The notes: generated by a model from the letters alone, not told the origin. Shown: positions 42,515 through 52,300, counted from the first letter of the stretch. The stretch: DNA of 64,000 nt from an uncultured virus (IMG/VR IMGVR_UViG_3300042860_002775) (IMGVR_UViG_3300042860_002775), one strand, 5' to 3'. Numbers and translations: made by a program.

Positions 42515-44740
42515 TTATGGACCATAACGTATGATGATTCTTACATTACTTGGTGCTGAAATACCTGTAACATTAACAAGTGCTGAACTACTATCCGTTG
42601 AACTAGTCATTCCATCAAAGGTACGTGTGGCGACAACTTTGTATGTTCCACCAGTATCTATTACGACTGGTGATACGGTGTATGTCGATGATGTAGCACC
42701 AGATATAGCCACATTATTTCTATACCATTGATATGATATTGTACCTGCTCCAGAATCTGTAACAGGCGGGGCAGGCGTTGCGGACACGCCGCTTACATCC
42801 TGAAATCCAGTCGTTCCTCCATTAATGAGCGTACTGAATGATAGTGGTGTTAATATACCGTTGGCTGTGTTTACTGTATACCACTGACCATTATCAAAGG
42901 ATTGACCATACAACGTTGAACCGGCTGGACCGAAGGTGATCTGAAGCCTACCTATTATCGGAGAACCAACTGTGCCTATATTCGTGGCAGCTATAGTACC
43001 ACTTAACGGACCAGACGGCAGAGTCAGATTATAAAACATAGAACCGTTGGAAGTAGTGGCATATAATGTACCATTACTAGTAATGGCTATGTCTCCAATA
43101 TAATTGTTGTTTGTTGTAGGTATGCCGCCCGTGAGCGTAGCGGACGAAATGCCATTAGAAACCATTGTAGGGGTTCCTGATCCGTCATATTGTAATGCGA
43201 CTCGCACCAGCATATGTGTACCCGGCATAATATACCAATAAGCATTATTCCAATATGCTCCGTTGTCTGGTCGGCTGGTGGTCAATTGCCCCAAATTGAC
43301 TGGTGTAGAATTGGCAGCTTGGTTCCAATACCACAAAGACGCCAGACCACTTCCACTCGGATTGGGTGCCGCAAAAAATACTTGACCTCGGGTAGTATCA
43401 AACGCTATTCCGTTTATTGCGTTTGTTGATGTTGCACCTACAAGAGTAGACACATCTCGCACAGCCCTCTTTGTTCCAGTATCGCTAATTTCATAAATAT
43501 TGTTGTCTGTACCAACAGTATAATAATACACCGATACTGATGCGAAGGATGATAGTGTAAGTGTATTTCCAAACTCAACACTTGTAGCAACAGGCTGAAC
43601 GGTAAAGATAGGTGCCTTTAATGTTCTAACAACGTTTACTGTTGCTGTGTTGCTGTCTGTAAAACTGGATACACCATCTATAGTACTGGTTGCTCTAAGT
43701 TTATACGCACCAGAGTCTACACTGGCAGCGGCACTCACAGTATATGATCTAGAAGTTGCTCCTGTTATAATAACATCATCTTTGTACCATTGATATGTTG
43801 GAGTTGGTGTACCAGTAGCCAACCCAGATAATGTAAATGATTGATTGAGATCAATGGTCACGGAGGATGGTTGAGCAGTAAATACTGGTGCCGCAAGGGT
43901 TCTAACTACGGTTACTGTTACTATATTACTATCAACTGAACTGGATGCTCCGTTTAGTGTATTGGTGGCAACAACCTTATAATCGCCGCCATTGGCACTA
44001 ACAGCAGAACTTACGGTATATGATGTAGATGTTGCTCCAGTTATAGCGACGTTGTCTTTATACCATTGGTATGTTGGAGTTGGAGTGCCGGTCGCTAATG
44101 CCGATAGTGTAAATGACTGTGTAAGATTTACTGTTGCGGCGACGGGTTGCGTAGTAAATGTGGGCGGCACCAAAACTTCTATGACAGTAACTGCCACTGC
44201 ATTACTGTCCGTAGACACTACCGTTCCGCTAACAGTATTACTTGCTGATACTTTGTATGTGCCCGCGTCAGCAAGAACTGCCGATGATACTGTATATGTA
44301 GCAGATGTTGCACCTGATATAGCGACATTATTTTTAAACCATTGATATGTTGGTGGAGAGTCGCCCGTGGCAAGAGATGATAGTGTAAAAGATTGGCCGA
44401 CAGATGCGTTAGTAGCAACTGGTTGTAGTGTAAAACCCGGCGGATTGACAACACTTAAATTTGCAATATTTGAAAGACTACTTCCTAACGAGTTACTAAC
44501 TTCTACGGTATATGCGGCAGCATCCGATATTGTAACATTCGCCAGCACATACGATATAGATGTTGCACCGGCAATATTCGTTCCTCCTTTTTTCCACTGA
44601 TATGTAAACGGGGGTGTTCCGCTGGCGGTAGCATCAAAAGTAACAGTCTGACCAACTTTAGCAACCGGACTAACGTCTTGAGCATATGCCATACTGCATA
44701 ATGCAAGTATATAAAAAAGTATCTTGATATAGTTCTTCAT
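42515..44740 (-). CDS. Secreted Ig-domain repeat protein with an inserted beta-propeller-like domain
   Basis: Signal peptide MKNYIKILFYILALCSMAYA. Five I-set-like units (P.FT.QP...TYQW.K....I.GAT...Y......D.G.Y). Confidence 0.85.
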   Translation of the reverse strand: MKNYIKILFYILALCSMAYAQDVSPVAKVGQTVTFDATASGTPPFTYQWKKGGTNIAGATSISYVLANVTISDAAAYTVEVSNSLGSSLSNIANLSVVNPPGFTLQPVATNASVGQSFTLSSLATGDSPPTYQWFKNNVAISGATSATYTVSSAVLADAGTYKVSASNTVSGTVVSTDSNAVAVTVIEVLVPPTFTTQPVAATVNLTQSFTLSALATGTPTPTYQWYKDNVAITGATSTSYTVSSAVSANGGDYKVVATNTLNGASSSVDSNIVTVTVVRTLAAPVFTAQPSSVTIDLNQSFTLSGLATGTPTPTYQWYKDDVIITGATSRSYTVSAAASVDSGAYKLRATSTIDGVSSFTDSNTATVNVVRTLKAPIFTVQPVATSVEFGNTLTLSSFASVSVYYYTVGTDNNIYEISDTGTKRAVRDVSTLVGATSTNAINGIAFDTTRGQVFFAAPNPSGSGLASLWYWNQAANSTPVNLGQLTTSRPDNGAYWNNAYWYIMPGTHMLVRVALQYDGSGTPTMVSNGISSATLTGGIPTTNNNYIGDIAITSNGTLYATTSNGSMFYNLTLPSGPLSGTIAATNIGTVGSPIIGRLQITFGPAGSTLYGQSFDNGQWYTVNTANGILTPLSFSTLINGGTTGFQDVSGVSATPAPPVTDSGAGTISYQWYRNNVAISGATSSTYTVSPVVIDTGGTYKVVATRTFDGMTSSTDSSSALVNVTGISAPSNVRIIIRYGP

Positions 44741-44782
44741 TTTGGCCTATATTGATGGCAGGCATCATTTTGTCAAGATAAT

Positions 44783-44810
44783 AAAACAGCCCCATATTTC
44801 TATGGGGCTG
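44783..44810 (-). terminator. Intrinsic terminator with a GAAA tetraloop
   Basis: Minus strand CAGCCCCATA-GAAA-TATGGGGCTG-TTTT, a 10-bp perfect stem. Confidence 0.85.
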
Positions 44811-44878
44811 TCAGGGGTGATGGACTTATCACCCTCCACCAGTCAGTTTGTGGAGCCACTGACAACCATAACCACTTT
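44783..44878 (-). ncRNA. Candidate structured small RNA (three-way junction with complementary loops)
   Basis: Three nested perfect stems at 44809-44864, a promoter upstream at 44883-44910 and a terminator downstream. No credible ORF. Confidence 0.55.
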
Positions 44879-44882
44879 AATT

Positions 44883-44910
44883 AGACTATATACTGTTGTA
44901 TATTTGTCAA
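44883..44910 (-). promoter_or_regulatory. sigma70-like promoter TTGACA-N16-TAGTCT
   Basis: Same 16-bp spacer as four other promoters in the window. Confidence 0.6.
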
Positions 44911-44915
44911 GGGCA

Positions 44916-45362
44916 TTATAACAGTTTGTGTGTCTTTGGTCTTTGCTCTTCAATCTTCAGTTTAGGAAGATCAACTTTTATTGTTCCGTTTGTGAAGTCG
45001 GCTTTGATCTTATTTTTGTCAATGCCTTCACCCACGCTGAACGAGCGTGTGAAACTAGAACGCTTAATTTCTTTATATAGGTACTTTCCTTTAGTTGTGT
45101 TTTCATTGTTAGTTTTTTTACCTCCTCGTATTACAAGCGTGTCGCCCTCAAGATCTACAGAAACATCTTCCTTACTCAATCCAGCAACATCTGCTTCAAG
45201 AACATACTTGTCATCATATTCAACAACGTCTACTTTTGGGTAACTGTGCTTGGTATAAGATCCAGCGTAAGGTGTTACGCCGAAACTGTTGAAAACATCG
45301 TCAAATAGACGATCAAATGGGGTGAGAAACTCATCCCGTGTATATCTGCTTAGTGTACTCAT
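44916..45362 (-). CDS. Small heat-shock protein (Hsp20/alpha-crystallin); likely start 45362
   Basis: PKVDVVE....Y.LEADVAG..KEDV.V, FTRSF, A.FTNG.I.V.LPK. SD-like AAAGGA precedes MSTLSR. Confidence 0.93.
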   Translation of the reverse strand: MSTLSRYTRDEFLTPFDRLFDDVFNSFGVTPYAGSYTKHSYPKVDVVEYDDKYVLEADVAGLSKEDVSVDLEGDTLVIRGGKKTNNENTTKGKYLYKEIKRSSFTRSFSVGEGIDKNKIKADFTNGTIKVDLPKLKIEEQRPKTHKLL

Positions 45363-45468
45363 ATTTTTGTATCCTTTGTTTATGTCGGCTCCATAATGGA
45401 CACCGACGCACACTATATATCATTTTTTGTGCCAACAGTTTTGTCACACCTTTTACCTCGTAGACAAC

Positions 45469-45498
45469 AAAAAAGGACGATTTTACTCGTCCCTTTTT
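45469..45498. terminator. Intrinsic terminator
   Basis: aaaaaaggacga-tttta-ctcgtcccttttt. Confidence 0.65.
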
Positions 45499-45523
45499 GT
45501 CACACGCTATGAGACAACTAGTC

Positions 45524-46267
45524 TCAAAATAAAATATTCATTCTATTCATTATCTTTTCATAAGATTTTTCCCAATCATACCATTCTCGTTTTCCATCAA
45601 CGATGTCACTGTTTAGTTTTTTCTGGACCACCGCCAGAGGATAAACTAAATACCTATTTTTAAAAATCTTATTCAAGTATTCATCTGCTGGCAATGGAGG
45701 CCAATCTTTTGAAAAACTTTCACAGTCGTTGATTAGATTATCAAAAACTGTGGAATTATATAATACCGCATGGGCACCGTATACTTGATAAACTTTTAAA
45801 AGATTTGGAGTAACTAATTCGTATGATGCTTGTTTGTGATGTGGGTCCGGTAATCCACCAAGATATACCGCATGCCAATCATTTATGTTTTTTAACTGAG
45901 CGAGTGCGGATGTTACCAAATCTATTGAACTATAATGAGGAGATTTTATAAATTCAGCGTCATCCTCAAACACTAAAGCATTTTTTGCACCCAAACGTTT
46001 TGCTTCTTTGATTATTTTGTAATGACCAACCCAGCAACAATGTGCTTTTACGTCAGGTGTAACCAATTTAGGGTCCAAATTTGAAGCATTAAAGTCCGGA
46101 AACAGCATTTTAAAGAAATCAGCCGGTTCCGGTGCTTCTAATCTTTGGATATATGGAAAAATACCAAGTTCAGAAAAATGCAACTCCAATGCTTCTTTTT
46201 TATCTACTCTATTCCGCAAATTTATATATGCGGCATAATCAACAAAGTTGAATAGTTTTTTATTCAT
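45524..46267 (-). CDS. GT25-like glycosyltransferase
   Basis: YINLRNR.DK, C..GH, ALVFEDDA, W..VYLG, AHAVLY, ADEY. Confidence 0.8.
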   Translation of the reverse strand: MNKKLFNFVDYAAYINLRNRVDKKEALELHFSELGIFPYIQRLEAPEPADFFKMLFPDFNASNLDPKLVTPDVKAHCCWVGHYKIIKEAKRLGAKNALVFEDDAEFIKSPHYSSIDLVTSALAQLKNINDWHAVYLGGLPDPHHKQASYELVTPNLLKVYQVYGAHAVLYNSTVFDNLINDCESFSKDWPPLPADEYLNKIFKNRYLVYPLAVVQKKLNSDIVDGKREWYDWEKSYEKIMNRMNILF

Positions 46268-46935
46268 TATCTTTTTGCCATGTCATTTTCAGCGTTGCAG
46301 GCGAGATAGTCTGCAACGTGAATAAGTCTAGCAAGATTATTCTTTAAGCCCTTTTCGTGATCATACGTCTTTAAATAAAAAGCGGCAGACTCATCATACA
46401 TTCCGTCGGATAGTTTAATAGCAAGAGTTTCTTTCCAACTTAATACAATACCGAATCGCTGTAGATTATACAAGGCGCGATCTGTTACTTTCCAAAACTG
46501 ATTCTTGGTGTTGTTCTTAAACAAGAGTCCCTGCTTCTGCACAGACCATTCTTCTGTGTTGGGAATATAATATGGCCCAGTTTCATCGCCAAGTTTGCCC
46601 AAATCGTGATGTAACGCCGCCATTACTCGCTCTTCGTCCGTATAATCAATCTCGCCACCGATTGTTTCGTATAGTTTTTGAACTCCTCTGCTGGTTTTTT
46701 CAACATCCATAACATGCTGCAAATAACCACCTGCATGTGCATTATGAAAATGTTTCTTACCAGACGCCGGTGCGGTCGCGAGTTGCAACCCAAGATTTTC
46801 CTCGGAATACATAACAAGTAACTTTTCCAGTCTTTCGTTGCTAAACTTTTCTTTCAAAAACTCAAGAAAGTAATTATAGTTTTCCTGAATTTGAGTTTCA
46901 TTCAATTCCGACCCCATGTGCAGTGTATTATTCAT
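46267..46935 (-). CDS. HD-domain phosphohydrolase (YhaM-like)
   Basis: APAS..H.A..GG...H, ALHHDLGK, IHVAD. Confidence 0.85.
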   Translation of the reverse strand: MNNTLHMGSELNETQIQENYNYFLEFLKEKFSNERLEKLLVMYSEENLGLQLATAPASGKKHFHNAHAGGYLQHVMDVEKTSRGVQKLYETIGGEIDYTDEERVMAALHHDLGKLGDETGPYYIPNTEEWSVQKQGLLFKNNTKNQFWKVTDRALYNLQRFGIVLSWKETLAIKLSDGMYDESAAFYLKTYDHEKGLKNNLARLIHVADYLACNAENDMAKR

Positions 46936-46949
46936 AAATGATATATTTC

Positions 46950-46977
46950 AATATACCAAATCCAGACTAACGGTCAA
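46950..46977 (-). promoter_or_regulatory. sigma70-like promoter TTGACC-N16-TATATT with extended -10 (TGG)
   Basis: Read directly upstream of the HD gene. Confidence 0.6.
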
Positions 46978-46988
46978 TACATAATAAC

Positions 46989-48686
46989 TCAACACTCTTT
47001 TCTTATTTCTTTAGCGTAATGATGTACTCGGTTATGATTTACGAGTGATGCCATAAGCACTGCACTGCGAAGTCTTCCTTTTTTCATTGTCTGAAATGCG
47101 TGCGACATGATCGTTTGCTCAAAAGGAGCAGCATACACAGTTTCCAAAAATATTTTATAATTCCCCGCTTTAGTCATAACGCTCGGCCAGTTGCTATAAT
47201 ATACATCACCGATCAAATAACTTAGTCCGTCGATACAGCCGGAATTTTTCCAACGCATGCGATGTGTACCATCTGAAAAATATTTGTTTTTTACATTTTG
47301 AGGCACATTGTGCCATGCCCATTGCTTATGATGATCTCCAAAAAACTCACTGAATGAAATCTTTATAAAGTCCAATTTTTCTTCTTCAACGATATTGATA
47401 CACTTATCTACCCAGTTGTCTATATGCATATTCAGTCCATTTTTACATAACACGTTCTTGTCCTGCATAAGCATATCATCTTCAAACCATATGATATATT
47501 TTGACCCGCTGTCGTGAAAATGCTGTGCTGCCCATTGGCGTGCTCCGCATACGCCCATATTTCCTTTACGTATCAATTCAAATCCATACTTCTTGGCAAT
47601 ATCATCAAACGCCGGTTTGGTCAATTCGTCCGTGCTATTGTCGATAAGATATTTGTTATTTATACGCAACAATTCTGGATTATATTTTTCCATACTATCT
47701 ATCAATAGCAATAGTTGCTGTGGCAAATTAAAGCAGGTGATATACAAGTTTACTCCCTTGCCCGACTTGTTCATGGCAACTTCTTCTTCGCTTTGAAAAT
47801 ACTCAACATCCTCTGGAACGTCTTGTTTTGGTATGCTTATTTCATACTTCGGAACTGGCATCTGCTTTACTCTTTCAAAAAATGTTGAAACCAGCCCGTT
47901 TCCTTCTATCATTTCTATATTGGTCAATTCTGGGCAAAGGTATGTAATAAGCGTGAAAATACTTTCTTCTGTGCCCATATATCCCTCAATCAACGTGTTA
48001 TTTAGAAGATTATAATATATTCCATTTATCTGCGATAACACTTTCTTGTTTCCGCCAAAAAATCCTCCTCGCGCAACACGGTTTACTTTTGCGTTTGCGT
48101 ATCTGTTCATTGCATCAATCTTGAAGCCGTGTATCTCGCTGGTTGTTTCGTATGGATAGCAAACGAACAAGAACTTCTTCAACATCGGCTCTAATTTTTG
48201 AATCACGTTGTCGTGACTAAAATAGCCAGGATGCACCGTCTGGGTAAGGCCAGCATCTATCCAGCAATAATTTTCAGAATCAAACGGGTTGAAAATTGCT
48301 GCGTCGTTTAACAAGAACATCTTGCTCATTACAAGCGGGTTATATAATTCAAGTTTTGCTTGCGTTGACTCTGCCAGCCATCCTACTTGATTGTACCAAT
48401 TCGGATCTTGACGTATTTTATTTACTTTATCATACAGACTAAACCACGTTCTGAAATCTTCGGGTTTTTTAGTACGAACGTCTGTGCCAACGGACCCTTC
48501 TCTCGCTTTTAAGACAAAATCGACGTGCGACTCATCCACATACACCAGCATCGGTGTGTTTTTACACGCACGCAATAGTTTATCAAAGTGCTGAAGATAT
48601 TGACTAAATGGACGCTTGAATCCAGTATCCATTTCTCCACGCTTCAAATCAAATAGTCCTGTCACCAATGTTGTATTATAGTTCAT
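46989..48686 (-). CDS. Two-domain glycosyltransferase: HtrL/YibB-like domain + GT-A domain
   Basis: TLVTGLFDL.R, SKMFLL.DA..NPF...YCWIDAG, GGFFGG, GTEE. Second domain has ITCFN, LIDN, WFEDDM. Confidence 0.75.
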   Translation of the reverse strand: MNYNTTLVTGLFDLKRGEMDTGFKRPFSQYLQHFDKLLRACKNTPMLVYVDESHVDFVLKAREGSVGTDVRTKKPEDFRTWFSLYDKVNKIRQDPNWYNQVGWLAESTQAKLELYNPLVMSKMFLLNDAAIFNPFDSENYCWIDAGLTQTVHPGYFSHDNVIQKLEPMLKKFLFVCYPYETTSEIHGFKIDAMNRYANAKVNRVARGGFFGGNKKVLSQINGIYYNLLNNTLIEGYMGTEESIFTLITYLCPELTNIEMIEGNGLVSTFFERVKQMPVPKYEISIPKQDVPEDVEYFQSEEEVAMNKSGKGVNLYITCFNLPQQLLLLIDSMEKYNPELLRINNKYLIDNSTDELTKPAFDDIAKKYGFELIRKGNMGVCGARQWAAQHFHDSGSKYIIWFEDDMLMQDKNVLCKNGLNMHIDNWVDKCINIVEEEKLDFIKISFSEFFGDHHKQWAWHNVPQNVKNKYFSDGTHRMRWKNSGCIDGLSYLIGDVYYSNWPSVMTKAGNYKIFLETVYAAPFEQTIMSHAFQTMKKGRLRSAVLMASLVNHNRVHHYAKEIRKEC

Positions 48687-48687
48687 A

Positions 48688-50289
48688 TCAACGTTTTTTT
48701 ATAAATACATTTTCCACAATTAACCCATCCATGCGAGTATTATCAAACACGTTAAATGCTTCTTTGATGGTGGACAATACTGGCTTACCATTTACATTAA
48801 AGCTTGTATTAAGAAGCACGCCAATGCCATTTATTTTTTTGACTTCTCCAATTAAATCATATAACCACGGATTTACTTCTCTTCGCAAGGTCTGCACTCT
48901 TGCAGTTTCATCTACGTGTGTTATTGATTTTAGTTTTTCCTTATACTCATTTCTTACTTTGAACGCAAAGCTCATATAAGGAGATTCTTGTAGCATTTCG
49001 AAGTATTGGTCCGCGTCCTCATATCTTACTACGGGAGCAAAAGGTCTATACCATTCTCTGTTTTTAACTTTCGCGTTTAGTATGTCTTTCATTTGAGGAA
49101 AGCTTGGATCGCATATGATACTTCTGTTCCCCAACGCTCGTGGCCCGTGTTCGGCATTTCCTCGTGCGACACCAACAATCTTTCCGTCGCAAATATATTT
49201 GGCAAGTGTATCAAGATTTACATCGTGAGTTATATCGCACGTATACGAATGCTCGTAAATGTAATATCCAATAGAATCTATATCCAAAAGCGGCATACCG
49301 GAGTAAATTAATTCAACGGGCTTTTCTGGTTTTAATACATGAAGAATTCCTCCCGCTGCCAACCCACAATCACTTGGGTTAGGTGGAATAAACATATTTC
49401 TGTTGTATCTCTTTTTTATTTCCGTGTTTAGCAATACATTAAGTGCACACCCACCCGTCATTCCTATTGCATAATCTGGGTATTTCTTGATATGTTCATC
49501 AACAACTTCAAAAAATACATCTTCAAATGCCTTTTGTGAAGTGGCGGCAATATCATATGCCATTTGACCATCAATTCTATCTTTTGTACTAAAAATTATT
49601 CCCGTTTTTGCACTTAGCTCTGCGATTTTTTCCTGTATGTTTTTTGTGTATACCTTAGTTTTATAAAAATCCTTGAAAGCATTAAGCCATTCTGTTCTTA
49701 TGGTTCCATACCCACACAATCCCATCAATTTTCCGCTATACACAAGATTTCCATCATCAAAGCCAGATTCTTGTCTTATTGGTTTCAGATAGTGACCAAA
49801 AGTCATATATGCACCCATATCATATTCAGCAGAAAACAACAATTTTGGTGGCTGCTGTTTGCTTTCACACGCATATCCGTTGAAAAATCCATCATTTCCA
49901 CCGCCGTCAAATGATATTATTACCATTTTTTCATATGGCGATTGATAATATGTTCCAACCGTATGCAAATAATGGTGAGTTAAATCGTGTAATGGCTGCT
50001 TGTGTGGAATATTGTCTTCGTATTTTACATATATGCTTTCGCCGTTTATTACATTAACTGAATGAGAATAGCTGGTGACACAGGTATCAAACATTTCTAT
50101 TCCATATCTACGCTTGATATATTCACATATTTGCTTTACGTGTATGTCTCCGACTGGAATAGATTTATACTGACTAATTCCGGAATTTTTATATCCGTTG
50201 AATCTTTCTGCTTCAACTACATAAATTTTATCGCCTATATTAAATGCTATTGCGCCGTTATGAGAGCCGTGGATTGAAACTATTTTCAT
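48688..50289 (-). CDS. O-carbamoyltransferase (NodU/CmcH family)
   Basis: E.ER, HH..H, SFDGGG, GKLMGL, GGCALN, P.P.D.G, E.GPRALGNRS, RPFAP, HVD.TARVQ, LLNTSFN. Confidence 0.93.
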   Translation of the reverse strand: MKIVSIHGSHNGAIAFNIGDKIYVVEAERFNGYKNSGISQYKSIPVGDIHVKQICEYIKRRYGIEMFDTCVTSYSHSVNVINGESIYVKYEDNIPHKQPLHDLTHHYLHTVGTYYQSPYEKMVIISFDGGGNDGFFNGYACESKQQPPKLLFSAEYDMGAYMTFGHYLKPIRQESGFDDGNLVYSGKLMGLCGYGTIRTEWLNAFKDFYKTKVYTKNIQEKIAELSAKTGIIFSTKDRIDGQMAYDIAATSQKAFEDVFFEVVDEHIKKYPDYAIGMTGGCALNVLLNTEIKKRYNRNMFIPPNPSDCGLAAGGILHVLKPEKPVELIYSGMPLLDIDSIGYYIYEHSYTCDITHDVNLDTLAKYICDGKIVGVARGNAEHGPRALGNRSIICDPSFPQMKDILNAKVKNREWYRPFAPVVRYEDADQYFEMLQESPYMSFAFKVRNEYKEKLKSITHVDETARVQTLRREVNPWLYDLIGEVKKINGIGVLLNTSFNVNGKPVLSTIKEAFNVFDNTRMDGLIVENVFIKKR

Positions 50290-50960
50290 TTTCTAAATTC
50301 GGTTGCAAATTCCGCATAGGTGGACGTTGTATAATAATGATATGTAGTTTTTCTCTTTAGTAGATCGGAAAAATCTTCAACGGGCCATCCGTGATTTATA
50401 AGAATTGGATACGAGGATATGAAATTTCTGGTTTTTTGCAGAGTCGTATAATAATAATGATCCAATTGATCATACTTTTCATATGACCAATTAAGAATAT
50501 CTTGGTACATACTTTCTTTTACAACCAGCGCGTGTGCCGATTTGGCAGATTGAATCTTTCCTACATTTTCGTCCAATTTTACCAACGGAGAATGTAATAT
50601 TGTACCAAAAAACATTGCATCCCAATTTATTTTTTCGGATTGCTCCAAAAATTTCAAAACGGTGTCTTTGTATGGCAAATGATAATCTCCAATTCCAGTG
50701 GATGGTGGATCCATCACATAAAAATCATCTTCACATATAAACACAGATTTCCATCCACGAGATATGGCAATGCGTACAATTTCTTTGTGCGCTTCTCCAC
50801 ATCCCGCATACTCACCTTTTACTATTCCCGGCATCCTTTCCATACCAGAAATTTCAAACTTAGCAAATTGGTCTTCACATTGCTTCTTGCGATCAGTGCG
50901 ATGATCCATATTGATATAAAACCCACCATCCGCTACTTTTTTATTGTAAAATGTGATCAT
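50286..50960 (-). CDS. GT25-like glycosyltransferase
   Basis: YINMDHRTDR, GC..AH, FICEDD, WD..FFG, AHA...LD. Confidence 0.8.
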   Translation of the reverse strand: MITFYNKKVADGGFYINMDHRTDRKKQCEDQFAKFEISGMERMPGIVKGEYAGCGEAHKEIVRIAISRGWKSVFICEDDFYVMDPPSTGIGDYHLPYKDTVLKFLEQSEKINWDAMFFGTILHSPLVKLDENVGKIQSAKSAHALVVKESMYQDILNWSYEKYDQLDHYYYTTLQKTRNFISSYPILINHGWPVEDFSDLLKRKTTYHYYTTSTYAEFATEFRK

Positions 50961-52261
50961 AGATGTCCAACAATTCTATCTCCCCAGTTCTTAGATTGAC
51001 TATGTGGCCACACAACCCAATGATGCGGCTTTTCTGATGTGTTGAATGTTCTCCAAAGCTTGATATATTTATCTCCTTTTGGATCTCTTGCTTCTTTCAA
51101 TAATCTGTCTATTTCGGCTTTGTCCGCATCTTGTCTATGTATCACCGAGTTATCTTCTCGCTCAAACGCAACGCACCAAAAATCATAATCATCCAGTTTA
51201 AACCCGTTAATCGGTAGATCTATACAATGCTTGAATATTTGCAAGAATGAATCTTCCCATTCTTTTTCAGTTTTGTATTTGTGATATTTGTTGGGAGGGT
51301 ATGCTTTGTCTATTGTTTCTTGTTGAACCGCACGTTTTCCAAAATGTAACCCTGCATACTTTTCATAATCTCTCAACGTTCTGACTTTTCCAAATCCATA
51401 TTTGCCCCATTTTATGGTTTCGTGTTTTTCGCCATCCATAGAGAACAATATACGATTGCGTCGATGGCACAAATGATTTCTTTCTCCCCAATCTTTTTTG
51501 TCTGGAATTTTACTGGTATTTCCCGCACCGTGGTCGTCCCAATGCTTTGTTCTTCCTTTACGAGTATATTCGTGCCAAGCAACTAACCCGTGTGGATGAA
51601 ACAAATCATATCCCCAAGTAAATGCACGCACTGCAATACTTATCTCTTCACCGTGAAAATAATATTCAGGATCATGTGGAACTTCTTTACAAAACTTTCC
51701 GGTTGTAAATGCAAAATGTGCAGAATAAAACCTAGCCGGAACAGGAGCGGAAAGTTCTTTCCAGTTATCTATAGAAGCTGGCAAAAAGAATACAGCACCT
51801 TCTGGAATAAATCTATCAAAATCCATTCTCCAAGGAGTTTGTACTCTTGCTTCCGGATCTTTGTCTGGATCAAACGAAGGAATATATCCAGTAAGTAATG
51901 GCTTCTTGTGTCCCATTTTTTGCAGTTGTTTATACATTCCAATAATCACTTCGTCCCAGTCTTTAACAAAACGATGATGTGAATCTAATTGCAATGTATA
52001 TTCTTCATCTTCATACCGCTGTTGTATTTGATTACGTGCCCAACAAGCACCTTTACTTTCCATATATGGAATATCAATAATTTTTACACTTGGAAGATCT
52101 TTGATCTCGTCAATTTTTTCTTCCGGTGAATGTTGCCAAGCAATACAAAAAACAAGATTTTCTGGATGCTTTGCATTTGCTATGCAGTCCTTTATTGTAG
52201 GAACTAGTTGAGGATCACGATAGGCCGCTATTTGTATGAAGATTTTTCCATTAGAACTCAT
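50957..52261 (-). CDS. GT60-like polypeptide/hydroxyproline alpha-GlcNAc transferase
   Basis: IFIQIAAYRD, SKGACWAR, LQLDSHHRF..WD, LTGY, F.A.FAF, VPHDP..F.GEE...RAFT.GYD.F.P, YG.G..RTL.DY. Confidence 0.8.
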   Translation of the reverse strand: MSSNGKIFIQIAAYRDPQLVPTIKDCIANAKHPENLVFCIAWQHSPEEKIDEIKDLPSVKIIDIPYMESKGACWARNQIQQRYEDEEYTLQLDSHHRFVKDWDEVIIGMYKQLQKMGHKKPLLTGYIPSFDPDKDPEARVQTPWRMDFDRFIPEGAVFFLPASIDNWKELSAPVPARFYSAHFAFTTGKFCKEVPHDPEYYFHGEEISIAVRAFTWGYDLFHPHGLVAWHEYTRKGRTKHWDDHGAGNTSKIPDKKDWGERNHLCHRRNRILFSMDGEKHETIKWGKYGFGKVRTLRDYEKYAGLHFGKRAVQQETIDKAYPPNKYHKYKTEKEWEDSFLQIFKHCIDLPINGFKLDDYDFWCVAFEREDNSVIHRQDADKAEIDRLLKEARDPKGDKYIKLWRTFNTSEKPHHWVVWPHSQSKNWGDRIVGHL

Positions 52262-52282
52262 ATAACATTTAATTTACTATAT

Positions 52283-52300
52283 TCTTGTATATATACAAGA
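52283..52300. promoter_or_regulatory. 18-bp perfect palindrome upstream of the glycosyltransferase operon
   Basis: TCTTGTATATATACAAGA. Confidence 0.5.

Noticed and set aside
44809..44864. Structured element as a tRNA or hammerhead ribozyme
   Set aside because: Only two internal hairpins, no TTC T-loop or CCA end, and no CUGAnGA/GAAA core. The 8-codon ORF MVVSGSTN inside it has no supporting evidence.
45524..52261. Glycosyltransferase cluster as a DNA hypermodification locus
   Set aside because: No hydroxymethylase, TET/JBP dioxygenase or nucleotide kinase is visible nearby, and the neighbours are TP-repeat proteins. Disfavoured, not excluded, since only 64 kb is visible.
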